Below, in pieces: positions 1-12,020 of a stretch of 64,000 nt of DNA. The position numbers and the translations under genes were made by a program. The notes beneath the pieces were generated by a model, which was not told where the DNA came from, ran no database searches, and saw only the letters and a program-made list of their open reading frames with translations. This DNA is from Camelus ferus (taxonomy: Eukaryota), in the NCBI RefSeq assembly GCF_009834535.1, contig NC_045696.1, positions 53,508,001 to 53,572,000 on the forward strand, written 5' to 3'. Position 1 is the stretch's first letter, and each line of letters begins with the position of its first letter.

Positions 1-22
1 GCATACGTGCTTACTGTTATTT

Positions 23-54
<32 letters not shown>

Positions 55-55
55 T
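23..55. repeat. (TA)n microsatellite
   Basis: Direct TA dinucleotide run with one TG interruption. Confidence 0.9.
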
Positions 56-59
56 TTAC

Positions 60-168
60 ACATCTGCCTTCCAAAACTATGAGGTTTTGGAGGCAGGAAA
101 TTTGTGCAGTTCCTGTATAGTATTCAGTGCCCTGCCCATTGTCAGCCCTCAGTAAATGCTTGGGTAAC
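60..168 (+). mobile_element. L2 LINE 3' end, highly decayed
   Basis: Resembles the L2 terminus: ...gaggcaggaaatttgtg...cagtgcc...ctcagtaaatgcttg. Confidence 0.5.
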
Positions 169-2420
169 AGATACAGCCACATGTAGGTTCTAATGAACAA
201 TGTGACAATATGTTTGGGCTCTTTTCTGAATTTAGAATGCCAAGCAACTGGCAACAGAACTCAAAAATAACATTTTTTCCTGTAAAAGTCTCAAGGGCTG
301 TGGAGACCTCCAGACTCCAAGAATGAAAAATGGTTGTTTAGCTGATTAATTTGCTTATTTATCTATGCACATATAGTGTCTAGCCTGAAATGGCTCATTT
401 TGACTGTGAACCACTTTGCTTCTATACAGAAAATCCTTCTCTGATCAAGAATTCTCTCCAAGTTATCATTTATTTTCAGTTAAATTCTCACCTATTCAAA
501 GAAAAATATTTAGAACTACTCATTACCTATGCCTGTGTGCTTTACAAATGTATCGATTACATGTTATATATATGCATGTGTGTCTATATATGATATATAT
601 ACATGTAGCTATAAAATAGTCTTTCTCTGACTCATGTTTTCTCAATATTTACTGTAAAAAACTTTATAAAAGACTCAAAGTTCTATATTCCCCAAAACTA
701 AGTCCCAAAGATGCTTGCCTGAGGTATAATTAAAAAGTAGGTCACATCTGTTTTCCCTGCTCCCTTTGTAGCCAGACTTGGTACCAGTGGGCATCCACAG
801 CCTTCATGTTTTCTTTCTCTTTCCCAAGTCCCTTTGCCTGCCAGCTGTCTCAGCCACCACTGCAGTAGTCCAAGACCATGATCTTTTTTGCTCTACTCTT
901 TGAGGGTTACTCTTTATCAGAAATCTAACCTACTATTGTGAGCTAATGTGTAATGACTGACGCTAACTTAGTCTTCCCAGATAAGGGCCACGTTAAAGTT
1001 TATGTAACATCCAATCACACTCCCATCACAAAGTGGCATTAGGTTTCTCACCCTGAGATGGGAGGAAAGGGAGGAGTAAGAAGGGAGATGAAAGGCCTCT
1101 TAAATTCCCCTACATCTCAGCAAATCAGTTTAAATTCAACATACATGTTTGTGTTCTGCACAATGAGAAGCAGAGATGGTTCCCTACTCTCCAGTTGGGC
1201 ACCCAGTGGAAACCCATGGCCCTGACCTGGTCTATTCAGGAAGCTGTTTAGCTCCAACCCAGAGTGAATGATACCACATAAATGTCTGCAACCCAGGGAT
1301 TCACACTCACATCTAAGCATCCTAATGTACCTGTTACTCTCAATGGGGGACAGTGGCAGAGGGCAAGGACAGACATGGGTACAATGTGAAACCCTGGGAT
1401 ATTTCTTTTATGAATGTCAAGTGTCATCTATATCAATATTTCCTAGCTTTAACTCTATCCTCCAAGGTCAGAAAATTGAATAAATCACTGCAAGTACTTA
1501 CATCCGCCTCCCCCAGAACAGTACCCTTTGAATTCATGATAAAGACCTAATTTGGTTGCCCAAACTGGTGCTGTCATTCATGCCCCATCTCAGTCTTTCC
1601 TGACTCCAGGACGCTCCTCTTTGTAGGACAGAATGATGCACAGTGCCCTACTCATCACCACCACAGAGAAAGATTTTGTTCTGCTGTAAAAACCCAGGTG
1701 AACGTTACACTGTCTTTTCTTTTCCAGTGAATAGTAATGAAGAATTAATTCACTCTTTGTGATTTTTGTGGGGTGGGGGGCTTTGGCGAGATAAAATGAA
1801 TAATGAATATCTTTCATTATAAAGGACTAGTAATAGCTTACTCCAGGAAAAAAGAATCAGCAGTGGATGAGCAAATATATAAATTTCCAAAACCTAACAA
1901 CAAGAAAAGGATTATATGAGAAAAGATTCAATATAAAGGGGAAACCAAAGAACTCTCAGCCTGTTGTCATATTTCTCAGTGAGCTGTCTATAGATAATTA
2001 TGCTGGATCCTAAACACATTTTATACTCCTGATTTAATCTCAGTCTCGGCAAACTTCAGCAGTTTTACTTATGATTACAGAAACCTGGTATTTCCTGACA
2101 CCTGGCTCAGGAAGCACAGGAGAAAAATTCCAACATCCCGTTTAATCCTGAAATACTTTGAGCCATTTCCAGGTAAGTGAGCAAACAACCCAAGAGTTAT
2201 CAGTGAGATTTTCTTCTCTCCAGCAAGAGCCCATTCTTCTTTTCTGGTTCATGTACTGTAATCAAAGACACCACTCAACAGTGCATGGTGTGTGGAGAAG
2301 GAGACAGAAGATGGGAGGAGCATGAATGTGAGCACTTTCTTAAACATTCTGCCCAAGAGAAATATAAAGTCATTTGTCACACCAGTGGTTTTGCACTGTC
2401 ATATGCTGTGACTGCCAAGA

Positions 2421-2463
2421 AACACACACACACGCGCACACACGCACATACTCGCACACACGC
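2421..2463. repeat. (CA)n/(CG) mixed microsatellite
   Basis: Alternating purine-pyrimidine run acacacacacacgcgcacacacgcac... Confidence 0.85.
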
Positions 2464-3691
2464 ACTGTTCCATAGTGGAGTATGTAGAAGTAGCAGGAGG
2501 CGAGTGACTGAATGACTGTGGTTAATCACAAGCATTTGCTAGCATGGCATCTTCATTTATATTAGTAGTACATCAGCTTTACGTTAAGTAGATCAAGAAT
2601 GAAGGAGGTCATGGAAACTGAAAGGCAAGATTGAGAGAGAGGGAGAGACAGACACTGCAAGAAACAGAGAAAAATACAGAGATTTGAGAATTTACAGTAT
2701 GCACGTGTATATTGTTTTAAAAATTTTCTACTATAGACTGCATTTGTGAGCAGGGCAATATGTGGTACCGACTGCCCTATGGATGTACAGTTACCTCTAT
2801 TTTTCACTTAGAAGATGCAAATCTATATGGATGCTATCAGTGCCAATAGTAATATAGCACTAGTATATAACTCATATGACATATTTTGGCTGCATTATTG
2901 AAAGTATTACTAGTTATTTTAACACTGGAAAGTGTAGGTGGCATTTAAAAAAAATATTTACTGGGAAAGTCCCCTCAGGTGTGCTGATATTTTCACTCTG
3001 ATTTGAGTGGGCAAAAGGAGGAAGACAGCCCTTCACTCGCGGGCTACTGCAGCCATCGGAAAACTTCACTAGCCTTCACGTTAAAAGCCCATTGTATTAA
3101 ACAATAGTAGGACATCAGCAAAGTAAATTAGAATCTAGAGCTCTTTAATATGACCCTTCACTTGAAAAAAAAATGGAATGTGGAGAATTCGTCTTTTTAG
3201 AGAAAGTCTCTCGTGGTGGGCGGGAACGATTTGCAGCTGATGACAGATGGTGTTTACATTTATAATCTCCTTATTTTTCATGTTTGGGAATAGAATCAAA
3301 GGGAAGAAGGATCAGGCAACAGTTGCAGCCCCAGATATCATTTATGGCCTCTTTCCTGGACATGTTAAATGCACTTGCAGAACAATCACCCTGCTCATTG
3401 GTGAAATGAGGTCATTCAAGGGCAGAAGCGAGAATGCTGGGGGCAGTAGCCCAATGCTTTGGTCAATAGTCTCTGTAACCCACCCTCTCTGCGGCTTCAT
3501 CCTCTTAAGTAAATACCATGTGTAATGTGACTATTGCTCACTGGGTCATTCCATGAAATAAAAGCTGTAAATCCTAGATACAAAGCTGGCTAATAGAATT
3601 GCATATGGAGAAATAAACAATTTTGGGAAGAATGCAATATTTTGAACTTAAGAACAAATGCTACGTGTTTTGAAAAGATCAGTGAGGTTTG

Positions 3692-3752
3692 TTTCTTCCT
3701 CTTCCTCTTCCTCTTCCTCCTCTTTCCCTCTCCCTCTCCTTCTTCTTCTTCC
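3692..3752. repeat. (CCTCTT)n / CT-rich simple repeat
   Basis: Tandem cctctt, ccctct and ttc units seen directly. Confidence 0.85.
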
Positions 3753-4268
3753 AGTGTTATAATCTTCAGAGTCCTAAGCATCCAACACCTCTAAACATCT
3801 GTTCAACCTCCTAGTGACTAGATTATTTGACACTCAAGTGCTGTCCTCTGGCAATAAAACTCAGACTATACCCTGCTGACCCTGTGAAAAAGGGAAATCT
3901 GATGGCTGCTCTCCAGTGTAACCTGAGGTAAACAGATGCACACTTGGACCACACTGCTGCTACCCTACCTGCCTGGGACCTTACGGACTCCCTTTCTTTC
4001 TTCTGATTTGTGGCAAGGGATATAACTCTCTGAGGACTCTTGGCTTCCTTAACATTAGCACATGTGCCCTAGACTGGACAGAAACTATAAGCCCTAATGT
4101 CAATTAAGACGAAAGTTCCTCCACTTCCTTTCCAGTGGAACAAGGATGCCAGGAGACAGCATTGAAACATGTAGTGTTTTTTTAATTTTTCCATTTCCTG
4201 TGAGTAAATGTCTCAGTGCAAACAGCCATTTATCTAAACTGAAAATAACTTTTCCTAAGCTCCATTTT

Positions 4269-4894
4269 TAAAGTTTTTTTATAGCATAGAATACATACCA
4301 TACAATCCACCCACTTAAAAGATACACTTTAGTAGGTTTTAATGTATGCAAAGATGTGTGCATCCATCACCACAGAGAAACCGTATAAACTTTAGCCATC
4401 ACACCCTGTCTCCAATTCCCACTCCAGCGTTAAGCAATCAACTTTCTGTCTCTGTAGTATTGCCTATTGCCTATTCTGGACACTCCATTTAAATGGAATG
4501 ACATAATATGAGTTATTTTGTAACTAGCTTTTTTCACTGAGCATGTTTACAAAGTTGATGATGTAGCATACATTACTGATAGATCTACATTATATAGCAT
4601 ATGTACATCATATATATATTAGGCACTTCATTATTTTTTATGACCCAATAATTCATTGTATGGCTAAATGGTATCTTGCTTATCCAGTCATTCACTGATG
4701 GATATTTGGGCTGTTTCCATATTTTAGATATTGAAAATAGTGCTGCTCTGAACACTCATGTACAAGTTTTCGTTTGAATACCTGTTTTCACTTCTTTGAG
4801 GCATATACCTAGGAGTGGAAATATTGGGCCATGTGTAATTCTATGTTTAACTTTTTAAGGAACTACCAAACGGTACCACTGTACATTCCCACCA
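4269..4894 (-). mobile_element. L1MB-type LINE-1 3' fragment
   Basis: Antisense L1 3'UTR and ORF2-end motifs (gatggatatttgggctgtttcca, atatacctaggagtggaa, tacattcccacca). Flanked by a 12/13 direct repeat taagc[t/a]ccatttt at 4256-4268 and 4895-4907. Confidence 0.85.
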
Positions 4895-5539
4895 TAAGCA
4901 CCATTTTGAGACTAGTAACTTAGCCTTTATTCGTATCAATGCATGTAAGTTTAAAATACTGGCTTTTCCCTTTTCCAGTTAAGGCGTTAGTAAGCAAATG
5001 ATTTTCATGGATTCTGATGTCTTTCTGGCAAGGAAAATATTTATCTTTACATAGAAAGCTTAAGTTACAGTTTTGGGGACCAAGGGAGGGTCCAGGACTT
5101 TCAGGCTATCTAATGGAATAGAATGGAATACAGGACCAGGGTAATAATGGAGGCAGCAGCACAGTTACCACACTAGATAATTTACTATTACCCTGGAAAT
5201 GGTTCAGAAATGGAACAAATGAAAGAAATTATAGAAAGCAGTGATTATAGGGATATGATAATGAAGAATGTAAATACAGTGTCTATTTAGTAAATGATAT
5301 TACCATATTTAATAAGAATAATACACAACTATGAACCAGTGTCCTTTTTTGATACCTTAATGCTACAAATGGCCAAATGCCTGCACCCAGTGCTGATACA
5401 CTGTTTTGAATGTTTAACATCTAAACAATGAATATAGTTTATTGGGACTAAAATACAGTTTTAATGGAAATCAGAGTATCATCACTATCAAATCTTTTTT
5501 GATAATCTTGTTTCATCTATGCATTCCCTCCATTGCCTC

Positions 5540-6130
5540 CTAGAATTGTGCTAGGTGATTTGGGGACTCAAGGGAAATGGAAATGCTGAAAGGTTTTTAG
5601 TTTAGGTGGTACACAGAGGAAGTAATTATATAATAACTCAATAGAGAAAATAATTAGCTGATAGAATGAATGATAAAGGCATGAGTTATGGGATTACTCT
5701 GAGAAGTCCTGGTAGAGCTTCATAGAAGAGGAAGAAGGGCTTATGTTCAATATTTACAAGCAAAGGGGAAGAAGTAGGGAATTCAGACCCAGAGCACACC
5801 ATGAGCAAAAGGCAGGGGATGAGGATGGAAGGTCCAGGAGACAGTCCACAGAACACTCTATCCAGAAAGAAGGACTCATGTGGAAAATTAATAAAATGAA
5901 AGAGGCTGTGGTCAGACAAATTTGGGCCTTAAATTTCAGGTTAAAGCTTCCTACCAAAAGAAGAGATCTGAAAAGCTTTAAGTGAGGGTGAATTATCGTC
6001 AAAATGTGTTTTTAAAATGCCATTTATCTGTCGGGAGCAGGACAGATTGAAGACCACATTAAAAAGAGAAAGAGACAGGCCACTGTAATTATTCAGGACT
6101 CTGGTGGTGAGGACCTACTTTATGGAGACA
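5540..6130 (-). mobile_element. L2 LINE fragment, decayed
   Basis: Purine-rich antisense L2-like motifs (atgagcaaaaggcagggg, gctttaagtgagggtga, tgtgtttttaaaatg). Confidence 0.55.
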
Positions 6131-9100
6131 GAAATGAAAAGGATGGAGGAGGAGCAGTTGGTGGGTAGATCAGACATGGGTAGAAACAGAAGTCAAGTTA
6201 ACTCAAATTTCAATAATGATTAGTAAGAACAATATTGTGGTTACTTTGAAATTGTTATAGAGTAGAATAAAATTGATCACAAGTCATCAAAGAGATAGCA
6301 TCACTGCAAAAGTGTTTCATGAACTAGTGGCATGAAAAAATTAGTTTTTAAAAGCATCTCTTTGCTATGTATATCTGAAATGTTTAAGCAAAAACCCCGA
6401 AAGAGAAAGGATAGGGTATAAACCATGTCAGATTAAATTTTGATGCCAAAAAAAAAGATAGTTTTTCCCTTTAAATCCTGAGTACATAAAACATGTGTAC
6501 ATTTCTGTAAGACATAAGGTAAATAATGACTTCAATGTCCTGAAGTTCTCAAACAAGTCACATAATACTTCTCTGTAGATCTACTTAGAATAATGTCAGT
6601 GTCCCTCAGCAATTCTTTGGGGACTTTATTTTATTTTTCCTTTTCAAGTCTTTTGGCAAGTCTTCAGAAAATACTATGACATTACTGGGAGGCTGGAATT
6701 TTACCAGAAGTCTGAGAGTATCTGGAACCATTTTTTTTCTTCACACATTGGCTGTGGGCTTTAGTAATGCCTTGTTTAAATCCACTCCAGCTCTGAAGCT
6801 AATAAAGGGACTGTGGTTAAGAAGGAGGAATCAACATCAATTTTTTTAAATTCAAAATTGGAAAAAAAAAGAGATTAGTCTTCAGGGACATTTTCCACCT
6901 TTTCTATGTCACATAGGTGCTTCCTGTGTATTCACTCACATTCATCACAAGCCAAAAGAAAGGTCAGTCGAGGTGGGTTTCAAGGAATGAGAAGGGGTGG
7001 AATTTAGAGATGTCTTGGAAAGCTTTAGAGTGGGGAGGACAACTTTAGCCAGCGTCCTGGTGCAATAAGGTCTAAGCAGGTTCACTCTCAGCTTCACTGA
7101 AATACCTGACAGGAGGTGGGAGGATGCACTTTTCTCTTTAGCGGCATTGTGGGAGGCTATTTTATTTTCCCTTCCTATAAAGGGCAGAACTGGTTTAAGT
7201 GTTTGATACATTAAATAGCAGCAGAGTTTATGAATGCCTACCAGTGGTACAGTAATTGTGATCACTTGAATACCTTGAATTAAGTTTCATAATCCAGTGT
7301 TACTTAACACTGTGAATGCAATTATAAAATATCTAAGCTTTTTTTCCTCTCTTTTTTTTCGGTTCTGAATTCAAACTGAGTAAAGTTATCTGATTTTAAA
7401 ATTGTTGTATGTTGAATATTTAGGGATTTATGTAATTGTACTACCTTCTATCTTTTTTTCATCTTAAAAGTATTTTTATAACTGTAGGAACTAATACTGA
7501 ATAGTGTGTCCAACTGAGATTCTTCTCTAAGTAACTGCATGTCAAATTAGCCAAATTAACTTCTATTGCATCTTTGTCTACCTTTATTTTCCATTCTTCT
7601 AGACAACTCTAAACTAATTGGGGAAAAAACCACACTCTTTTACAAAATATGCACTTTTTTTTTTTTAACATGCACTTTCAAACTTTTTTTGCTAAAGGGT
7701 ATTTAGCGCTAAATCTAAAGTCATGTAGTGTGTGACTGCTTTTGCTTCAGGACCAAGGAGAGAGATACAGTGCTGTCATTCCCAGTTGTTCTGGACAGGC
7801 AGACTATCAGAAAAGCTTCCATATTGGTGAGAATTTGGCACAGTGCCAAAAGGAAGGAGGCAATGTTCCAGATTTTTCCTCATCCCTAAAAATTTCTGCT
7901 ACCTCAGAAGTAAATACTATTTGAAAGCAGCCTCAGAATACACTGGGCTATTGTAAGAACCCTGATACCTATTTTAGTCCATCAAGGATATAAACACATT
8001 AAGTATGGATTTAAGGGGAGTTATTAAAATTAATGTTTCCTTCTTGCTGGATCTGAGAGGAAAGTTCATGTTGAATCCAGTGGTCTACCAAGTCCCACCG
8101 TGAAAGAACCTCTCCAGCCACAACTCAATCTATCATGAAGGCAGTCTGTCTGTATGGCCTTTAGTTTGCCAGATTAAATCCAGTTTGGAGATTTCCAGGA
8201 CCTATAACTATTTGGGGCTCTCAAGATCCCCCTAGGTACTGGAGATAGCTGGAGCTTTAGCAGAGGTCCTTCATAAGTTCTTGAGAGAAAATTTAATTTT
8301 TCACCCCCAAGAAAGGGAAATTGCCTCTGGTGAACTTTAAAGTGATATAGCATCAATCTTAAGAAAATTAGAATAGGAAACATAGGAGCTAGTTCTATTT
8401 CAGAATCCTAACACACACACATACGTGTGTGTGTATAAAATGAAGATTATGTAGAAAAGGAAGGGTGAGAAATAGTGTTTCTTTTTTAAATCATTAAACT
8501 ACCTTGGATTCTTTCAACACGGGTACTGTATTAGTTAGAAGCAGAAAGTACTATTATATCATAACATTTTAAGGTGGCTTTGTCATTGTTATGCCAGTGG
8601 GAAATTTTAGTTAGTTGGAAATCTGGATTGATTCTATTCATAAGTGTGGGGGGGGAGTAAATGCAGATGAAGTATTACTTTACTAAGCATATTTTTAAAA
8701 TGTTTTCTTTTTTAGGTACTTTTTAAAATATTGTCTTCTGCCAGCTGAAAGGGCCTCTGTGTCAGTGCCAGGAGGAGACTGGTCATGATTAATTGATTGA
8801 GCTGTCAGACTGAGGCAGTGTGTGTATAAGCAGGAGAACAGTACGGGGGCACAGGCCATGGTTTTATGGGGAAACTTTGGGGCCCCTTCATAATAAAGAA
8901 GGGATGGGCGGGTGATGAAGGAGGGAGAAATGACTATACAAATGACTGTGTCCACAAAGAAATGCATTATTCAGGGAGGTTTGAAGTTTCCAAATATCCC
9001 TGATCCTTATATATGTAAGCACAAATTCCCTGTACCTTTTAAAGATTATTTCTTAGCTAATTACTAGAAAACTTACAGTGTATCAGTTTATATTCTGACA

Positions 9101-10227
9101 CTGTCCATTGAATCTTTCTCTGCCTCAGCTGTCCTATGAGTTTAGGAAAGTTACTAGGGTTGCTATACTCTGATTTTTCTGAAAATGGAAGTAAAACCTA
9201 TCCCAGAGGTGTGCTATGAAGAAACACACAAGCAATAGTCTGATGTAAAAATAATAAGCAGCCATGCTACAGTGGGGACTATGTGAGATTTTATTCTCAC
9301 ATTGTGTGGAGGAAGAGCTTCATAACACATAAGACTCCACAGTGCATCAGGCTTGGAGTTGTTCAACCTTCTCGACCTAGTGGACATTTAAAATGATGGA
9401 AGATGTATCTTGCTCTGTCTTTGTTAGTTCAGTCCCTAGAACTTATTAATAAGATTTCTAATGAAACCATGTTAAAATACTGAATTTTCTTCCCCTAAAT
9501 ATAACTTTGGTATTAAAAGTTTAAATGCACATTCTACTGATATGCTGAATCTCTTGGATTTATGAAAAGAACCATTCTTATTTATTTTCCAGGGGCCAGG
9601 GTGAGGAAAGGGAAGAATTCGAACAAATCTTAAGTCTAATGTTTTCTACAGCTATGGTCATAATTCAGGAGTCTTATCAACTTAAGAGGAGCATTCAGAG
9701 CAGTCAAATCTTAACAGAGTATTCAAACTTTAAATCACATATGAAACTAAGTCGACTTGCATGTGTCTACGTTCACACAGAAGTCAGTTCATCATGCATA
9801 TCCACTGACAATGGAAAGAGTGGTATTGCTTGAATTTAACCTTTTCTTTTAATATATTGATGAACTATGAATCTGGAACCTTACCAAGTACTTAATCAGT
9901 GAAAAATTAAAACAGAAAACATCTACTTCTTATATTTAATGTCATGAAAAAGTAGTTTATCGTTATTTTATTGCATCATAGTCACTGTATCTGACTGAAT
10001 TTTTCTGTACTGAAGATACTACTTTCTTAAAAGTACAAATTACATGCAATAATAAATTGGTGTACAGTGAGAAAATGACATATATATGACTATCAAATGT
10101 ATAGGTGCATGAATTTCTAGTAGCAACTAGTTCTATGGATTTAGTCCTCATGAATTTTGCTAATTTAAACTGCTAAGATAAGGGTCATTGCTTCCCCTAA
10201 TGAACCTGGATCTTATCTACCCTAATG

Positions 10228-10430
10228 ATGATAATAGTTAACATTTATTCAGCAGTTACTTATGCCAAACATTTAAGCTTGGGATATTTAAGCCTCATAG
10301 CAGTAGGTTTAATCTTCCATGTAAGGAAACTGAGTTTAAGAAAGGATACACAAATTTCCTAAAGCTACACGACAAGTTGCTGAACCACAATTAGAAACCA
10401 AGTAGATCTGATCCTAAAGTCCATCCTATA
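10228..10430 (-). mobile_element. MIR SINE
   Basis: aatagttaacatttatt...aaggaaactgag...ctgatcctaaagtcc matches antisense MIR/CORE. Confidence 0.65.
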
Positions 10431-10859
10431 CCATCTCCTGCCCCAGACACTCTTCCAATTTTGCTCTGATTTCTGCTTTAAGTCTAGTGTTCTGCGAGCA
10501 AACACAGCTGAAGGCTTTTCTGCTTGTGTCACTCAGACGCTTTGCATAGATGATAGAAATTACTAAAGTGTACTACATGTGCCTTCCAGGAGATATGCTT
10601 CATTTAATGTTCTTTGCTCTTTATGTTTTCATTTTCTTTTCTAATTTATTGTTAGAGTTTTCTTATCAGTTTTGGATTTATGTGCTTGGTACTCTTTCTT
10701 TATTTGATTCCCCATTCAACAACTCTATATCATTTTTATACATGACTTTAAATTTTAATAAAATCAGTAAACACAAAAACAGAAAACTTTGGACAGTTCC
10801 AGTGTATTAGAAACTAGACTGGAAAGTTGGGATAAAGGACTTACTAAAGTGCAGTCCAT

Positions 10860-11130
10860 AAAGTAACTAAGTCAAAAGGAGACAGGCATGTAAACAAATA
10901 AATTAGAACACAGGTAATAAATACAATGGTAGGAACATGAGTTAAGTTGTGGACAATACTTTGAGAACTGATTAACTTTATGGAGGTGGATGTAGAGGTG
11001 GAGGAACAAAAAATTAGAAAGCGACACCTGAGTTGAGTTTTGAAATATGAATAAGAATTTGCCTGCTGGAGAAGTGAAGGCTTGAGATGGTTATGGGAGG
11101 AGGAAGCAATTCTGGGCAGAGGGTAGATAT
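10860..11130 (-). mobile_element. L2 LINE fragment
   Basis: ggagacaggcatgtaaacaaataa and cctgagttgagttttgaaatatgaataagaatttgcc are typical antisense L2. Confidence 0.6.
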
Positions 11131-11609
11131 ATCATGAGTGATCCAGCTACCCAGAGGATAAGTTTGAATTACAGTTTCCTAGAGATAACTCTAAAAATGT
11201 GCCTCACTCCAAAGTCCATCATCCCGAAAATGCCAATGCTCGTTTAAACACATCCTTCGTGGCAGGAGCTCAGAATACTGTAGTGGCGATTTAAACACTA
11301 GTTACACTTACACTTTGTAGGTCCTGTATGCTCTCCGAAGATCTTATTCGATCTTAGTATTCATATTTTGTTATTTTGTAGACTAGCATTCCTGGATCTG
11401 CATATATTAACAGGATCAATCATTAATACCCTTAGACAGAAAAAGGAGCATGAGACTCTGCATTATTATTTCTTTAAAATTTAAGGAATTATTATTTCTT
11501 TATTAATAAAGGTCCAAAGCAGAGTGTGATTATCCTAGCCATCAAAGATGGAAGTTGAAAAATATCCCACTGGGCTATAGTGCTTAGGGGCAAGATATAT
11601 GGGCAAATA

Positions 11610-11852
11610 CCTTTTAGCAATTCTTGTAGGCCAGGCTTTTTTCTAATAAGTGTTTTATAGCATTAATTCAATTTAATCTTTACAACATCCCTGTGAGGTG
11701 GACATTATTGCAATTTCCATATTACAAATGTGTGAACTGAGGCACAGAGAGATTCAGTGTCTTGGCCAGATGACACAGCTCATAAGTGTAGAGTTCAGAT
11801 TCGCACTCAAGCAGTTTGACTCCAAAGAGCATGTTCCTAACCACTGACCATA
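11610..11852 (-). mobile_element. MIR SINE
   Basis: Clear CORE domain: atttaatctttacaacatccctgtgagg...aactgaggcacagagag...gacacagct...tttgactccaaagagc...taaccact. Confidence 0.85.
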
Positions 11853-11911
11853 TTAGGCTGTTTACCAAATAGAATAGAAGAATCTCGTTTCTTTTAAGGT
11901 CATTCGTCAAA

Positions 11912-12020
11912 TTAGTAGTTAGTATCTACTACATATGCTGCTCAACTTTTTTAGTGTTGTACACTATACAGACATAAGAATAGAAGTCGAAGTCTCTGCC
12001 CTAAAGGAGCTTACAACTTT
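11912..12020 (-). mobile_element. L2 3' end fragment
   Basis: tagtatctacta...gtctctgccctaaaggagcttaca. Confidence 0.5.

Noticed and set aside
1496..1700. Minus-strand acceptor and GTAAGT donor pair enclosing about 180 nt
   Set aside because: Stops in all three frames and no supporting evidence for a non-coding exon.
2045..2178. Open frame ending at a strong CAG|GTAAGT donor on the plus strand
   Set aside because: No convincing acceptor or start, and no recognisable peptide. Isolated consensus donors are common in 64 kb.
8411..8434. (CA)5-atac-(GT)5 hairpin
   Set aside because: Low-complexity inverted microsatellite, common and uninformative.
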